Virus record (IMG/VR): IMGVR_UViG_2684623153_000002
Coordinates: 15,828 to 79,827 of that record
Source of the DNA: a virus
Lineage: Duplodnaviria > Caudoviricetes
Direction: 5' to 3' (one strand)
Length of the DNA: 64,000 nt
Positions 1 through 10,308 of the stretch are shown piece after piece. Position 1 is the first letter of the stretch; every line of letters begins with the position of its first letter. The notes under the pieces are model-generated. The model saw nothing but the letters and a program-made list of their open reading frames with translations. It was not told where the DNA came from and searched no databases. Made by a program: the position numbers and the translations under genes.

Positions 1-2021
1 TTTCCCCATTTGTAGGCAGCAAAGGCTCCTGAAAGGATGGATTTAAGCGGCTTTAATAAAGTGGCCACTTTTCCAAGGAATGCGAGTGCAAATGCATTGG
101 CAATCAGTGCACCAGCAATTGAGCCTTCTCCAGTAAGGGCATTCCAGTTGATCTCACCTATCTTCTTGGCAATACGAATTCCTAATTGCACAGGATCAAG
201 AGCTTCTAAAAATGATTCAATGAATATCTTTCCTGCTTTGGCTCCTGCATCAGTGAAACTGTCCTCGGATGATTTGTCATCAATACCAAGTAGACCGTTG
301 ATAACACCGTTTATGATACCGCCGTAAGTCTTCCCAATATTTTCAGCCATCTTAAAAAGACCTGGTTTCCCTGTCTTTTCCCACCATTGGCCAAAAACGT
401 CTTTCGTATTATCAAGGACGAGCTTCCATCTTGTCTCAAAGCTCATATCTCGATATTTCTCAAGCTGTTCAAAGTGTTTCTGCAATTTGGGGTTATCCTT
501 AAATTTCACTTTGAGCTCTTTCATTTGCTTCTTGGAGAGTTTTTCTCCAGGGAACAAAATTTTGAACTGATCACCAATAAATCCGAAAACACTCTTTGTC
601 GGATTCAGGAAGCTGTTAGCGAATTTCTTGCCCGCCTTTTCAGCTTTGTTTGATAGATCAGTCAGCACAAAGGAATATTCCCCACGCCACGTTCTAAATG
701 CTTCTAACGCAGGTTGAAACGCAGCTGCAAGTCCTTTACCCCAAGGCATCAGGATGCTGTTGTTGATGAATGATTTGACACCCAGAAATAAGTTGGCCAA
801 GTTGTCCGACATTTTGATCATCATGTCGTTGTATTTGCCAAACTCTTTTGTTACTTCTGGCCACGTTTTATTTATGTCCTTGCCGCTTTTTGCAAGTTTT
901 TCGAGCTTACCTCTGGCATCACCAGAGATCGCCCCCATTTCTTGCAAAGCTGCCGTTGCGTCACCGATAGGACGCCCCGATTTAATGCCGTCATATAAAC
1001 GCCCCATCCATAGCGCAACTTCTGAGAACGGCCGCTGAACACCTGCAGCAACATCCCCGACTAGCTTCATGCCTTCAGTCGTAGAAAGAGCATTGCCTGT
1101 AAATACTTGAAGAACACGACTTGACTCGAAAATCTCATCACGAGTAAATGGCGTTTGACCAGCAAAGGCCGTCAGCTCGTCCAGACGTGCATCTGCTTTT
1201 CCTCTGCTGCCGAGCAGTGTTTCAAAAGCCGTGGTCATGTTCTGGCGATCCGCAACCATTTTGAGCGGCACAACAATACCACCTGTTGCACCGGCACCGA
1301 CTCCAAGCAATCCAAGTGTACTGGTGACAGCTGACACGATCCCTCTCAATGGTTTTGTGATAAGATCAAGAACCTTGATTGTGGTTGTGTAAGTCCGTCC
1401 CAAATGGGTATTCGCAAATGAGACAGCCCCACGTACTGGAGCGGTGAAACGATCGATCGCATTAATCGCCACCCTGTATTCAGTCCCTAACGTATTCCGT
1501 GTATAAGACGCTATACGGCTGACTGTACGTCGGACCATATCAATGGCTCTAATGGTATAGCTGTATCCTCGACCAAGCTGACGCGCTGCATATGATGCAA
1601 TACGTTTGATCCCTGCGGTCGCACGATCATGAACCGTTATGGCAAACCGTTCTACTTTACCAAAGTTACGGTTGATATAACGACGAAGCCTGACAAGCCC
1701 TGGTGTTGCCTGATCTTTAATGCGCATCAGCACACTATGAGTACGCGGCATCTTGCGCTGCACAAAGCCATTGAACTTTCGTAGTGCTTTTGTGGCCAGA
1801 TCATTTACATCAAGCGTCAGCTGATAAGTTCGAGCAAGATCACGCAAAACAAACCGCTGCACACGTCTTAATGCAATTGTGGCATTGTCCCTGATTCTTA
1901 AAGTAATTGGCCGCTCTGATCTGCGGCGCAATCTATCAAGTCGTTCTAAGTCCCCTCTGATCAAACGCAATTTACGCGTGATCCGGTCTTGTAAATCAAA
2001 CCGTGCTGTTAAACGAGCCAT
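1..2021 (-). CDS. yqbO: Tape measure protein, N-terminal part (runs off window; absent from ORF track)
   Basis: ATG at 2021 after GGAGG; translates MARLTARFDLQDRITRKL... with motif FAGQTPFTRDEI; same start and position as XkdO at 51588. Confidence 0.9.
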   Translation of the reverse strand, partial: MARLTARFDLQDRITRKLRLIRGDLERLDRLRRRSERPITLRIRDNATIALRRVQRFVLRDLARTYQLTLDVNDLATKALRKFNGFVQRKMPRTHSVLMRIKDQATPGLVRLRRYINRNFGKVERFAITVHDRATAGIKRIASYAARQLGRGYSYTIRAIDMVRRTVSRIASYTRNTLGTEYRVAINAIDRFTAPVRGAVSFANTHLGRTYTTTIKVLDLITKPLRGIVSAVTSTLGLLGVGAGATGGIVVPLKMVADRQNMTTAFETLLGSRGKADARLDELTAFAGQTPFTRDEIFESSRVLQVFTGNALSTTEGMKLVGDVAAGVQRPFSEVALWMGRLYDGIKSGRPIGDATAALQEMGAISGDARGKLEKLAKSGKDINKTWPEVTKEFGKYNDMMIKMSDNLANLFLGVKSFINNSILMPWGKGLAAAFQPALEAFRTWRGEYSFVLTDLSNKAEKAGKKFANSFLNPTKSVFGFIGDQFKILFPGEKLSKKQMKELKVKFKDNPKLQKHFEQLEKYRDMSFETRWKLVLDNTKDVFGQWWEKTGKPGLFKMAENIGKTYGGIINGVINGLLGIDDKSSEDSFTDAGAKAGKIFIESFLEALDPVQLGIRIAKKIGEINWNALTGEGSIAGALIANAFALAFLGKVATLLKPLKSILSGAFAAYKWG

Positions 2022-2024
2022 GTC

Positions 2025-2204
2025 TTATCCTCCTTTCTTCGATTCCTTTTCAAGCACTTCTAATTTATGTGCTATTAACCCAAACAAAAAGCCCTTGAAA
2101 CGCCTTGGCGCTTCATAGACCTCTAAGAGTTCAGACGGGGAGTAATGAAGCTCATGCATGCAGTAATACAGATACACAGCCTCTTTGTTCCCGTCTTTTA
2201 TTAG
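2025..2204 (-). CDS. -1 frameshift extension of tail assembly chaperone (gpGT-like)
   Basis: A AAA AAC at 2210-2204 before stop; -1 frame open KLIKDGNKEAVYLYYCMHELHYSPSEL...KKGG* ending just before the tape measure start. Confidence 0.8.
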   Translation of the reverse strand, partial: LIKDGNKEAVYLYYCMHELHYSPSELLEVYEAPRRFKGFLFGLIAHKLEVLEKESKKGG

Positions 2205-2650
2205 TTTTTTGCTTCAGTTTCAAGGTCCTCAATTTCATCTTCAAAACCGTTAACCTCAATGGCTTTGTTTAACCAGTTCGCATATTCACCGCCGACAGAT
2301 AGGACACGTTTTGCCACTTCGACTGGATCTTGGGTGCCGTATGCTTCACGAAGTTCTTTTGATTTGAAGTCTGGGTAAATGGTTGATTCAACTGCGATAC
2401 GTGCATAGAAACGTTGGGAATCCAAGTCTTTCACACGTCCACGACCTTTAACATTTTTGAAAGTCGTGTTTTCTTTCTCCAGTTCATCGATGCGCTCTGT
2501 TGTGATCGCTTTGAATACGAATGGAATCACTTTACCTTCTTTGTCAACGAAACGCTTTGAAATGAATGATTTAACTTCTTCCGCTTCTGTTGTTTGTCCT
2601 GGCATAAAGAATGAAAGATCATATACGTTGTTTGTTTGTTTTTCGCTCAT
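2201..2650 (-). CDS. xkdN: Tail assembly chaperone, XkdN family
   Basis: MSEKQTNNVYDLSFFMPG; near-identical to 51768..52208; between tube and tape measure genes. Confidence 0.9.
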   Translation of the reverse strand: MSEKQTNNVYDLSFFMPGQTTEAEEVKSFISKRFVDKEGKVIPFVFKAITTERIDELEKENTTFKNVKGRGRVKDLDSQRFYARIAVESTIYPDFKSKELREAYGTQDPVEVAKRVLSVGGEYANWLNKAIEVNGFEDEIEDLETEAKN

Positions 2651-2808
2651 GTTTAAAAACTCCCTTTGATTTGTTTTTTTGAATGCAAAAAAGCACATCC
2701 ATTTTTTGAATGTGCTTTCCAATCTTTTCATGTATAATATAATTCGTACAATTGAACGGCTTGCTCAAGGGTGTCTGGCTCATCCCCGATAGGAAGGGGG
2801 TGATGCTC

Positions 2809-2892
2809 ATGTCAACGTTCCAAGCGATTTCCCTAATGCTTTTATTCGGGATGTTTATCCTTGCCTTGTTGACGTATATAAACAAAAAATAG
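2809..2892 (+). CDS. Type I TA toxin, BsrE/BsrH-like 27-aa membrane peptide
   Basis: MSTFQAISLMLLFGMFILALLTYINKK; SD-like AAGGGGGTG; TATAAT at 2733-2738; terminator 2986-3022. Confidence 0.88.
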   Translation: MSTFQAISLMLLFGMFILALLTYINKK

Positions 2893-3100
2893 ACTCCCCT
2901 TGAGCTTTGGACGGTTGAAGGGAAAGTCTATCCTTAAAACTATCTAATTGATAAGCCAGCCCCTTGAAGGGCCTCATTGTACATTGCCGGGATGTTGACG
3001 CATCCTGGCTTCTTTTTATTTTATGCAAATTGCTTTGCATGTAAACACGTTTTCTAAAAAGCTTTGGGTTAAAAGTTAACCCTTTTTTAACCCATTTGCT
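2881..3100 (-). ncRNA. Putative antisense antitoxin RNA (SR5/as-bsrH-like)
   Basis: Minus-strand TGgTATAAT at 3107-3115; hairpin ATAGACT...AGTCTAT followed by a U-run near 2881-2931; convergent overlap with toxin 3' UTR; ends approximate. Confidence 0.72.
2986..3022 (+). terminator. Intrinsic terminator of toxin mRNA
   Basis: GCCGGGATG-ttgacg-CATCCTGGC-TTCTTTTT. Confidence 0.8.
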
Positions 3101-3175
3101 AAAAAAATTATACCATATCGAAGACTGAAATAAAAATAACATATTTTTTAGTCATTCGTAATGCCTTTCCTGAAA

Positions 3176-3619
3176 TTAAAAACTATCCTTCAGTTTTTCA
3201 GGAAGATCAAAATCCTCGAACGTAAACGGAACCTCTTCTTCCAGTGCTTCTGAATCCACATCAAGCCCTGCGATCTTTGCAGAATCAAAGTTCACATCAA
3301 ACAATGTGACACGCTCTGTGCCGCGGCCGGATGATTTGTCATCCAGTACAGCTTGAATGGTGAAGTATGGATCTTGTCCTTTCTTTACATAGTTCAGCAT
3401 GAGCTGCACAAAGCGCGATGTGACTTTATAGAAAGTCGCTGTGCCAGTACCATTCGCACCGGTTGTCTTGTGACCGGTCATACGACGGCCCATGACATTG
3501 ACCTCTGATTTGTTTTTCTCCACGTTCGCTTCAAACGTTTTGATGAACGCCATTTCCTCACCGTCGAGAAAAAGACGCCCTTCCTTACCTGAAATGGTAT
3601 TCTGCGCTTTAAAAGCCAT
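3176..3619 (-). CDS. xkdM: Tail tube protein
   Basis: MAFKAQNTISGKEGRLF; XkdM/YqbM family; paralog at 52736. Confidence 0.93.
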   Translation of the reverse strand: MAFKAQNTISGKEGRLFLDGEEMAFIKTFEANVEKNKSEVNVMGRRMTGHKTTGANGTGTATFYKVTSRFVQLMLNYVKKGQDPYFTIQAVLDDKSSGRGTERVTLFDVNFDSAKIAGLDVDSEALEEEVPFTFEDFDLPEKLKDSF

Positions 3620-3620
3620 C

Positions 3621-4967
3621 TTATTTCACCTCTACATTGAAATAGAATTTTTCAGCTGCATCAACAGGTTGAACAGCTAGATCAATCAAGAAACCGTCAC
3701 GATCTTCATTCAAAGCGATCGTAATATCAGTTTCAGAGTCAAAGCCAGTGATTCCAGATCCGTCTTGCAACTGAGTTAGATATTGCGTAATGAGTGTTTT
3801 CACCAGCTGCAACCCGTCATCAGATGCTGGAATGTCATTGCCATTTGCTTTGCGTAATTTAATTAAATCCTTCAATTCACGTGTGAGATCATTGTTGATC
3901 GCATCAAGCACACGAATGATCTTGTTTTTAGCAAATGTCTTGTTCTTCTCTGTTGTGTAAGTCGTTAAAGAGTTAATGTCCTTCTCAACGCTTACTGTGC
4001 GATCTCTCGCATCAAACGTGAACAAGAATTCGCCTTGTGACAAGCGGTATTCAACTTGATCATTATCAAGACGCTCTAATGTATCAACAGCCCCTTCATA
4101 TTCCACAAAGGTTAACGACTGATTGAAGTTTGCTCCTGCAGATGCACCGGCCACCCATGCAGTTGCTTTGGCTGGCGTGATCTCTGTGCCGTCTTCTAGC
4201 AGAACACCGCTTGTGACATTGATAATTCCTTCATGATCAGCCGGATAGTTTGCCAAAACACCTTGCACCTTACGTCCTTGATCATCACGCAGCCGCTTGA
4301 TGAAAGCCACAAATGTCGCTTTTAACTGCTCGCTAGTGTTATTAGGTAGCGCAATTACGTCAAAGTATTCTGTTTCAGCTTCTTCAAGGAATGCTGTGTA
4401 ATCTGCCACGCTTGGCACGCCGTTTTTCCCGCCGCTTAGTGTTACACCAGCGGTGATTGTCACTTCTCCTTCACCAGAGAACGAAACATATTTGTTTTGC
4501 TTCAGCTCTTTGACATCTTTGACCACCTGTTTATCGACAATGTCTGTACCCACGTAAGTCACCACATCACGCTTGGAGCTATCCAATACGTTTTCAGTGA
4601 CTTGGATTGTCACCTCATTACCTTTCTGTCCGCCATAATTGGCAAGAACGTTGAAATTCTCGCTGATCTGAGCCTTTGCAGGTTCACCCTCATTCAAGCG
4701 ATATAAAAGAACCGTCTGTGCTTTTTTCTTCGCTTCTCGGAAAAGAAGAAGCGACTTGTCATCGATGTTTAATCCGACTTTTTTATTTAAGTCCTCGATG
4801 CCTGAGATAGAGATAAACGTCTTAGGCTCTCCCCAACTCATTGTGATTGGGAGTGCAACGGTGCCGCGATCGCCTAAAGTAATTCGCTGCTGTGCTGTGG
4901 TTTTGAAATTGAAGTAGATACCAGGACGCTTCTTTTCTGTACCTGGCGTGAAAGTACCTCCATTCAT
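3621..4967 (-). CDS. xkdK: Tail sheath protein
   Basis: MNGGTFTPGTEKKRPGIYFNF; XkdK/YqbK family. Confidence 0.93.
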   Translation of the reverse strand: MNGGTFTPGTEKKRPGIYFNFKTTAQQRITLGDRGTVALPITMSWGEPKTFISISGIEDLNKKVGLNIDDKSLLLFREAKKKAQTVLLYRLNEGEPAKAQISENFNVLANYGGQKGNEVTIQVTENVLDSSKRDVVTYVGTDIVDKQVVKDVKELKQNKYVSFSGEGEVTITAGVTLSGGKNGVPSVADYTAFLEEAETEYFDVIALPNNTSEQLKATFVAFIKRLRDDQGRKVQGVLANYPADHEGIINVTSGVLLEDGTEITPAKATAWVAGASAGANFNQSLTFVEYEGAVDTLERLDNDQVEYRLSQGEFLFTFDARDRTVSVEKDINSLTTYTTEKNKTFAKNKIIRVLDAINNDLTRELKDLIKLRKANGNDIPASDDGLQLVKTLITQYLTQLQDGSGITGFDSETDITIALNEDRDGFLIDLAVQPVDAAEKFYFNVEVK

Positions 4968-4969
4968 GC

Positions 4970-5194
4970 TTAAACCTCCTTAGACAAAAAAGCATCAATC
5001 TGCTTCTTTGCTTCTGTTTTTGTAATTGGTTGATCTTTGATATAAAAAAGAGCACCTTCAAGGATTTCAGGCTTTACGCCAAACAATTCCTTGCTGTGCT
5101 CTTTCAAGGCTTCAAATGAAAATGCCGCTTCTTTAGTAAGAACAGGTGCGGCTTTTTCTTCTTTCACCTGTGATTCATTTTTAGTCTTGCTCAC
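4970..5194 (-). CDS. YqzN/YkzM-like small phage protein
   Basis: Position before sheath gene; ITKTEAKKQIDAFLSKEV; paralog at 54531. Confidence 0.8.
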   Translation of the reverse strand: MSKTKNESQVKEEKAAPVLTKEAAFSFEALKEHSKELFGVKPEILEGALFYIKDQPITKTEAKKQIDAFLSKEV

Positions 5195-5636
5195 GTTTGA
5201 TCACCCCGTCTGAAAAATTTATGTCGTCAAGGCTTGGCTGCTCGTCTCGGTTGTACCAATAAGCACTATCCCATGTGAGGACAATCGTTGCCACGCCTTG
5301 ATCAGCAATTCTTGTCTCTGCCCTCTTAATGCGAACATATTGATCAAGCAGTTCACCTTCTACACTGACCATCTGAATGATATTCCGATCCGCTGATAAG
5401 GCATCTACAATCGATTCAGCTGCATCATGAGCCTGTCCAGAGTCCTTGTGAAACACTTTAACATGCAGCGTATATGTTTTGAGGAAAGTTGACACAGTAT
5501 CGTTCCTTGTATTGACCCATGCTGATGGAAAGTACATCGATGGGATTTGAAACTGTTCAGGAATCTCTTTTTCATATACTTTCACCGGAAACCGCTTGTA
5601 ACAATAATTCATGATGGCTCCGACTTCTTGATTCAT
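5181..5636 (-). CDS. xkdJ: Tail terminator-like protein, XkdJ/YqbJ
   Basis: Synteny; similarity to 54730..55185. Confidence 0.8.
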   Translation of the reverse strand: MNQEVGAIMNYCYKRFPVKVYEKEIPEQFQIPSMYFPSAWVNTRNDTVSTFLKTYTLHVKVFHKDSGQAHDAAESIVDALSADRNIIQMVSVEGELLDQYVRIKRAETRIADQGVATIVLTWDSAYWYNRDEQPSLDDINFSDGVIKREQD

Positions 5637-5640
5637 TTAA

Positions 5641-6147
5641 TCATCTCCCAAAATGCCGATCAATCCATTGCTGCAGCTTGCGGTCCAATGATTGTTCAAA
5701 CATCTGTCCAAAGATGGCCAACGCATTATCCCAATAGCCGCTGCCCTCAACCCACTGGAACTTTAGAAGCATTCCTGTTTCAGCGTTTGAATCGTATTCA
5801 AACCGGTCACCAACCCATCTGCCAGGAACCCAACGCCTGTCCAGATTCTTGGAGGGATCAATCGTAAAGTGCCCATCATTTGTGTATGATGCGTATTCTA
5901 AGTTGGTCCCAACATCCAACGTCAGACCGCCACTGCTCATCGAAAAGACGTTTTCTTGGTCTCCCTTTTGGAATGAGTTGAGCAAACGGCGAGCATCCAC
6001 CGTTTTTGTTCGGATAACTTCATCTTGAACGATGTCTAGGAACTCATAACCCATCGCTTCCAACCACTCTTCATATTCTGCTTGCAAGCCACCATTAACA
6101 GCTGCATTCAAATCCTCAATAAACTGATCTAAACCATCAATCCTCAA
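5641..6147 (-). CDS. xkdI: HK97 gp10-like neck protein, XkdI/YqbI
   Basis: VGTNLEYASYTNDGH motif. Confidence 0.85.
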   Translation of the reverse strand: MRIDGLDQFIEDLNAAVNGGLQAEYEEWLEAMGYEFLDIVQDEVIRTKTVDARRLLNSFQKGDQENVFSMSSGGLTLDVGTNLEYASYTNDGHFTIDPSKNLDRRWVPGRWVGDRFEYDSNAETGMLLKFQWVEGSGYWDNALAIFGQMFEQSLDRKLQQWIDRHFGR

Positions 6148-6500
6148 AGACTTTCACTCCTCATCGCTATCACCTCAATGTGGTGATTTTTGATCTGTCT
6201 GGGCTTTTGGAGTTTCAATGTCACGCCTTCCCATACCACTTTGTCATTTACTCGGACATCAGCGGTAATAGGAAAATGAACAAGGTACGATTGATGAATG
6301 GTTGCGTTTGGCTCCTGCTGTGTGATGGATTGGTTTTTCTCCGTAAAATAACATGGCTGCGCAACTTGATCAGGCTCATCAGGATATGAAAAGAGCGGCT
6401 GCGCATCTTGGACAGGTATTCCATAGCGATCTTTTGACAGCTGCTCTGTTTGCAAGTGATATATGTCGCATCGATCCGTTAATAATGATTGATAACTCAT
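6144..6500 (-). CDS. xkdH: Head closure protein, XkdH/YqbH
   Basis: MSYQSLLTDRCDIYHL; synteny. Confidence 0.85.
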   Translation of the reverse strand: MSYQSLLTDRCDIYHLQTEQLSKDRYGIPVQDAQPLFSYPDEPDQVAQPCYFTEKNQSITQQEPNATIHQSYLVHFPITADVRVNDKVVWEGVTLKLQKPRQIKNHHIEVIAMRSESL

Positions 6501-6889
6501 AGCGATCTCAACCTTAATTTGATGCTGCCTGGATCTTCTGGCGGTTCTCCTGGCTCAATGAAATCTATCAACAGGTTATACACATCTGGCTTTGAAACGG
6601 CGTTCCCGTCTGCCAAGGTGTATGAATAGTCACCGATCTTTTCCGACTTGTACCCTTTTATGATTGATTCATCGCCGTTGATCAGTGCGAAGAACTGCGC
6701 CATTTTAATCAATGCGATCTTTGCCTTTTCAGGAAGCGGCTGATATTTTTCACTTGTGAAATCATGACCTGCGATCTTAAATACCTCAGCTTCAGCCTCA
6801 ATGATGTCACTTTCCAATAGTTCATCTGAGCGGTTTTTAACAGATTCAAAGACTGTATATGCCCTAACATCTTCAGGAGAGATCAGCAT
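6497..6889 (-). CDS. Head-tail adaptor, YqbG/YkzL-like
   Basis: KSEKIGDYSYT motif; follows capsid gene. Confidence 0.82.
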   Translation of the reverse strand: MLISPEDVRAYTVFESVKNRSDELLESDIIEAEAEVFKIAGHDFTSEKYQPLPEKAKIALIKMAQFFALINGDESIIKGYKSEKIGDYSYTLADGNAVSKPDVYNLLIDFIEPGEPPEDPGSIKLRLRSL

Positions 6890-6894
6890 CAGCC

Positions 6895-7269
6895 TTACTC
6901 TCCTGCTTTTTCTTGATGCTCTTGGTTTTCAAGGATGAAGGCAATTCTTTCACTCTTATCTTTGAGCTGAGTCGGATCGCCGCCAAGATCAATAACAATG
7001 GCTTCTTGTTCAGTTTTGTTCATGCCCTTCAGTTCAGTTTCAGTGTAGGTTTTTGCTTCTCGTGCCGGTTCTTCTTCCTCTTTCACCGGCTCATCCGTTT
7101 TTGGATCATCAGCAGGAGCCTTTACTTCCTTACAAGCAAAAAACTCATTGCCATCGAGATATTGAAAAACCTTTTTCTCGATTTCCTTTACTTGATTAAG
7201 AAGAAAGACATGACCCATCACAGCGTATGTCTTTCCCTTGATCAATTCGGCTGTATACATGTTGATCAC
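6895..7269 (-). CDS. YqbF-like protein with C-terminal HeH-like segment
   Basis: Position after capsid gene as in skin; [14 protein letters not shown]. Confidence 0.7.
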   Translation of the reverse strand: MINMYTAELIKGKTYAVMGHVFLLNQVKEIEKKVFQYLDGNEFFACKEVKAPADDPKTDEPVKEEEEPAREAKTYTETELKGMNKTEQEAIVIDLGGDPTQLKDKSERIAFILENQEHQEKAGE

Positions 7270-8195
7270 TCCTTGACCTTGACGATCTTAGCAACAGCAT
7301 CTTCTTCCTCAAATTTGCTGTCGAGCTTCGCAGTCAACACAATGATGAATTTACGTCTGCGAATATCCTTATCAACCTCGATACGAATATTGCGAGAGAA
7401 GCCAAGGATAATGTTTTTAGGATGAGTCAATAAGATGTCCGAAACATCTGTGCCGTCCTCTCCCATTTCATATGGCTGCATGTTTGCAATACCTTTGACC
7501 GGCACACCAAATGCAGAAGAAAGTCCACCTTGTACAGCTGCATCCCCTAGATTCGTTTGACGATCCGCCACTTTGTCTTTCCACTCGACTTCTTGTCCTG
7601 GAGACGTGTAAAAACGGAACTCTTGTGGAATACGCAAATATTTAGATGGAACAGCTTTGTATCCTTGTTTGAATACTTGGCGTGTAAGTGGTTCGCCAGC
7701 TACATCTACGATATGGGATTCCGCTTGTTTGCGGATACCATCAAGTTGCGCTAGATATGCATCACTAGATTTCGTATCACCATTCAAAATTAATTCTTCA
7801 ATATCAACGGCTGCACGCTCAGCAAGCATTTGCATGATAGTATTTTGTAAATTATCACCCTCGATGTTATTTTCAAGTGTGTCATATGTGATATTTACTT
7901 CAGCGATGACTTCTTTTGCATTAAGCTCCACAGTGCTCGTTGTTGGCGCAGTCTTTTGCTCATTAGTTAAACCTACACCTTCTTGACCAGGACGAAGAAT
8001 CCGCTGACCAAAACCGATTTTTTCGATTTTTTGTGCATCGCTATCCATTGGAATAACACGTGCATCTTGTAACAGTGTTGGTGCATTTTGCACCATACGA
8101 ATAAATGTGCTAGATTGGGTCGGATTCATGAGACCGCCTGTTTTTAACGTCCCAAGCGTCACTTCCGCTTTATTGATCATATCTTGATTTCTCAC
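7266..8195 (-). CDS. xkdG: Major capsid protein, XkdG/YqbE
   Basis: GTG start after AAAGGAGG; similarity to 56434..57357. Confidence 0.9.
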   Translation of the reverse strand: MRNQDMINKAEVTLGTLKTGGLMNPTQSSTFIRMVQNAPTLLQDARVIPMDSDAQKIEKIGFGQRILRPGQEGVGLTNEQKTAPTTSTVELNAKEVIAEVNITYDTLENNIEGDNLQNTIMQMLAERAAVDIEELILNGDTKSSDAYLAQLDGIRKQAESHIVDVAGEPLTRQVFKQGYKAVPSKYLRIPQEFRFYTSPGQEVEWKDKVADRQTNLGDAAVQGGLSSAFGVPVKGIANMQPYEMGEDGTDVSDILLTHPKNIILGFSRNIRIEVDKDIRRRKFIIVLTAKLDSKFEEEDAVAKIVKVKE

Positions 8196-8218
8196 TCTAG
8201 TTCCTCCTTTTTCTCGGC

Positions 8219-9373
8219 TTAAAGCAAGCCGCCCCATACAGATTTCTCGACTTGCTCTTGTTGTTGATCTCCTACACCATTACCTTGCGGACGTGCTTTT
8301 TCAAGGGCTTCGACTCTTTCAACAACTGGAGCCAATGCCTTTTCTACAGCTGCGGCCATTTCTTTTGCGACCTCTTCATCAATTTGTTTTTCTTGCGGAT
8401 CAGGCTGACCTTCGCCTTCTCCCTTCTCAAGGTCATCCAGACGCTTTATAACCGGTGCAATTGTGTCATCTAGCATCTTTTGCAGATCTTCTTTGTTCAC
8501 TTCTTCTTCCTCCTTCTCTTCCGCTTGACTTAGCAAGTTGTCGATAGCGGCTCTTGCATTTTTCAATTCAGTTAAGTTAGCAGCTGAAAACTTTCGGCCA
8601 GCTTTTGCGACTTCTTCAGGTGGATCGGTTTGGATCCCCGCTAAGTCATCAGTAAGCAAAATCTCTTGTGTGATTTCCACAAAATCTTGCAATGCTGCCC
8701 TAACCTTGTCAGGATCAGTCTCCAAGTCTTCATCGTCGTAAGAATCCCATTTATACAAAACGGAATTCAGTGCATCTTGTGCCGCCCAAAACTCACGACG
8801 CATGCGGCCTTTGTCGTATCGGTTCTTCACTTCTCCTTTAGAGAAGAAGTTTTTAAGCAAAGAAAAAAGCCCCTTCTCATCAGAAGCTGGCTTGTGATCC
8901 TCTTGTTTTCCTATGTCTGCTGTTCCGGCCATTGAATATCCGGTGATCTCGCCCTTTTGAATCTGTTCCCAGATTTCATCAGATGCTTTTGTCACAAGGA
9001 CCCATGATCCTTTCTTGATAACTTCATCACCCATTTCAAAGTCAGACGGAGCGATATAAGATTCAACGACTTCCCCGACACCGCCTTGGAAATCATGTTG
9101 CTTGTCGATCTCACGTGCATCCTTCAGGAACCCATGAGCGGCTTTTTCGATTTCTTCCGACGTCATATAGTCTCCATGTGCATCCGCTACGTTTGGTTCA
9201 TAAACAATACCATAAACAAGACGCTGCGCATCATCAGCCTTTGCAATGACCTTGATCTCTTTTTGAAAGTCTGGCTGTTTTTCTGATTTCATAAAAAAGA
9301 ACTGCTTTTGATTAGCAGCCTTGTCCACGTATGAAACGTGTGTGATTTTTGCATTTATCAATTCGCGTGGCAT
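8219..9373 (-). CDS. xkdF: XkdF/YqbD putative prohead protease/scaffold
   Basis: [21 protein letters not shown]; TGYSMAG motif. Confidence 0.88.
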   Translation of the reverse strand: MPRELINAKITHVSYVDKAANQKQFFFMKSEKQPDFQKEIKVIAKADDAQRLVYGIVYEPNVADAHGDYMTSEEIEKAAHGFLKDAREIDKQHDFQGGVGEVVESYIAPSDFEMGDEVIKKGSWVLVTKASDEIWEQIQKGEITGYSMAGTADIGKQEDHKPASDEKGLFSLLKNFFSKGEVKNRYDKGRMRREFWAAQDALNSVLYKWDSYDDEDLETDPDKVRAALQDFVEITQEILLTDDLAGIQTDPPEEVAKAGRKFSAANLTELKNARAAIDNLLSQAEEKEEEEVNKEDLQKMLDDTIAPVIKRLDDLEKGEGEGQPDPQEKQIDEEVAKEMAAAVEKALAPVVERVEALEKARPQGNGVGDQQQEQVEKSVWGGLL

Positions 9374-9399
9374 ATTTTCACCCCCTTTCAAGCTCTTAT

Positions 9400-10224
9400 T
9401 TAAAGATCTTTAAAATTAACTGTTGAAATAAGTTGTTGTTCCTTTACTTCTACATTGAACGGTTGAGTTTCATCAAAAACAATTGACACTTTTTTATTAC
9501 CTGATCCCAGTTCGATTGCAGGAGGAACAGAATAAACAACTTCATCTTTCACTTGATCTCTTACTGCTTTTTCTATTAATTTTTCTAAGACCTTACTATT
9601 TGAAATCTGTTGGAATATCCAATCACCCAAGTTGCTTATTGGTAAATATCTCGCCAAATTGCCAATAATGTCTATTATTTTGTCTTCCCATTTTCCAGGA
9701 ATTTTATCTTTAATGTAATTCTTCATTTCATCAATAACATTGTTCTGTATCCTAGATGCAATATCATTAGGTAGATTTAAGCTATGAAGATCAAAATTAT
9801 TTAACCCCACTATAATATCCCTATTATTCACAAAACATTTCATGCTTGCAGAAAAATTAGGCTGAACAAAGTCTTCAAGCCCAATAGTTAACCTGATGTC
9901 AGGGTTTGCACCAAAGAAATCCCAACTAAATACTCTTACTCCCCCTATTTTAAGCTCATCATGTATTCTTTCAATGTCAACTTCAATTACTATATTTAAC
10001 AATCTGAATTGAACCTCAACATTATTCAAATCAATAAGATTTGGCTCGTTTAGACTAAGATTGTTTATTTTTATTTTTTCGATATGCACATTTCCAATTA
10101 CTTTAACCCCTGACCGTTCAATAATAACTTCACTTAAAGTAGTCTCTTGTTTGAAATTCTCTAGATTCCTTTTTATAAATGAATCAAGAGTTGTTTGAGA
10201 CAGAGAAATTTCAAGTTTGTTCAT
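9400..10224 (-). CDS. AT-rich orphan (moron) protein, 274 aa
   Basis: Long ORF with AAGGAGG RBS; visibly lower GC than flanking head genes; no recognisable family. Confidence 0.8.
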   Translation of the reverse strand: MNKLEISLSQTTLDSFIKRNLENFKQETTLSEVIIERSGVKVIGNVHIEKIKINNLSLNEPNLIDLNNVEVQFRLLNIVIEVDIERIHDELKIGGVRVFSWDFFGANPDIRLTIGLEDFVQPNFSASMKCFVNNRDIIVGLNNFDLHSLNLPNDIASRIQNNVIDEMKNYIKDKIPGKWEDKIIDIIGNLARYLPISNLGDWIFQQISNSKVLEKLIEKAVRDQVKDEVVYSVPPAIELGSGNKKVSIVFDETQPFNVEVKEQQLISTVNFKDL

Positions 10225-10255
10225 AAATAATCCTCCTTAAAGTTGAATACAACCT

Positions 10256-10284
10256 TAATTTGCATTGAGGAATTATTTATATAC
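10256..10284 (-). promoter_or_regulatory. Putative sigmaG/sigmaF-type promoter of moron
   Basis: GTATA-17 bp-CAAATTA on minus strand. Confidence 0.4.
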
Positions 10285-10308
10285 TAGAATTTTCTTGAAA
10301 AAAAGTTT

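Noticed and set aside
2619-3142. ORFs 2619..2885 and 2855..3142
   Set aside because: Overlap the TA locus and are not preserved in the second copy
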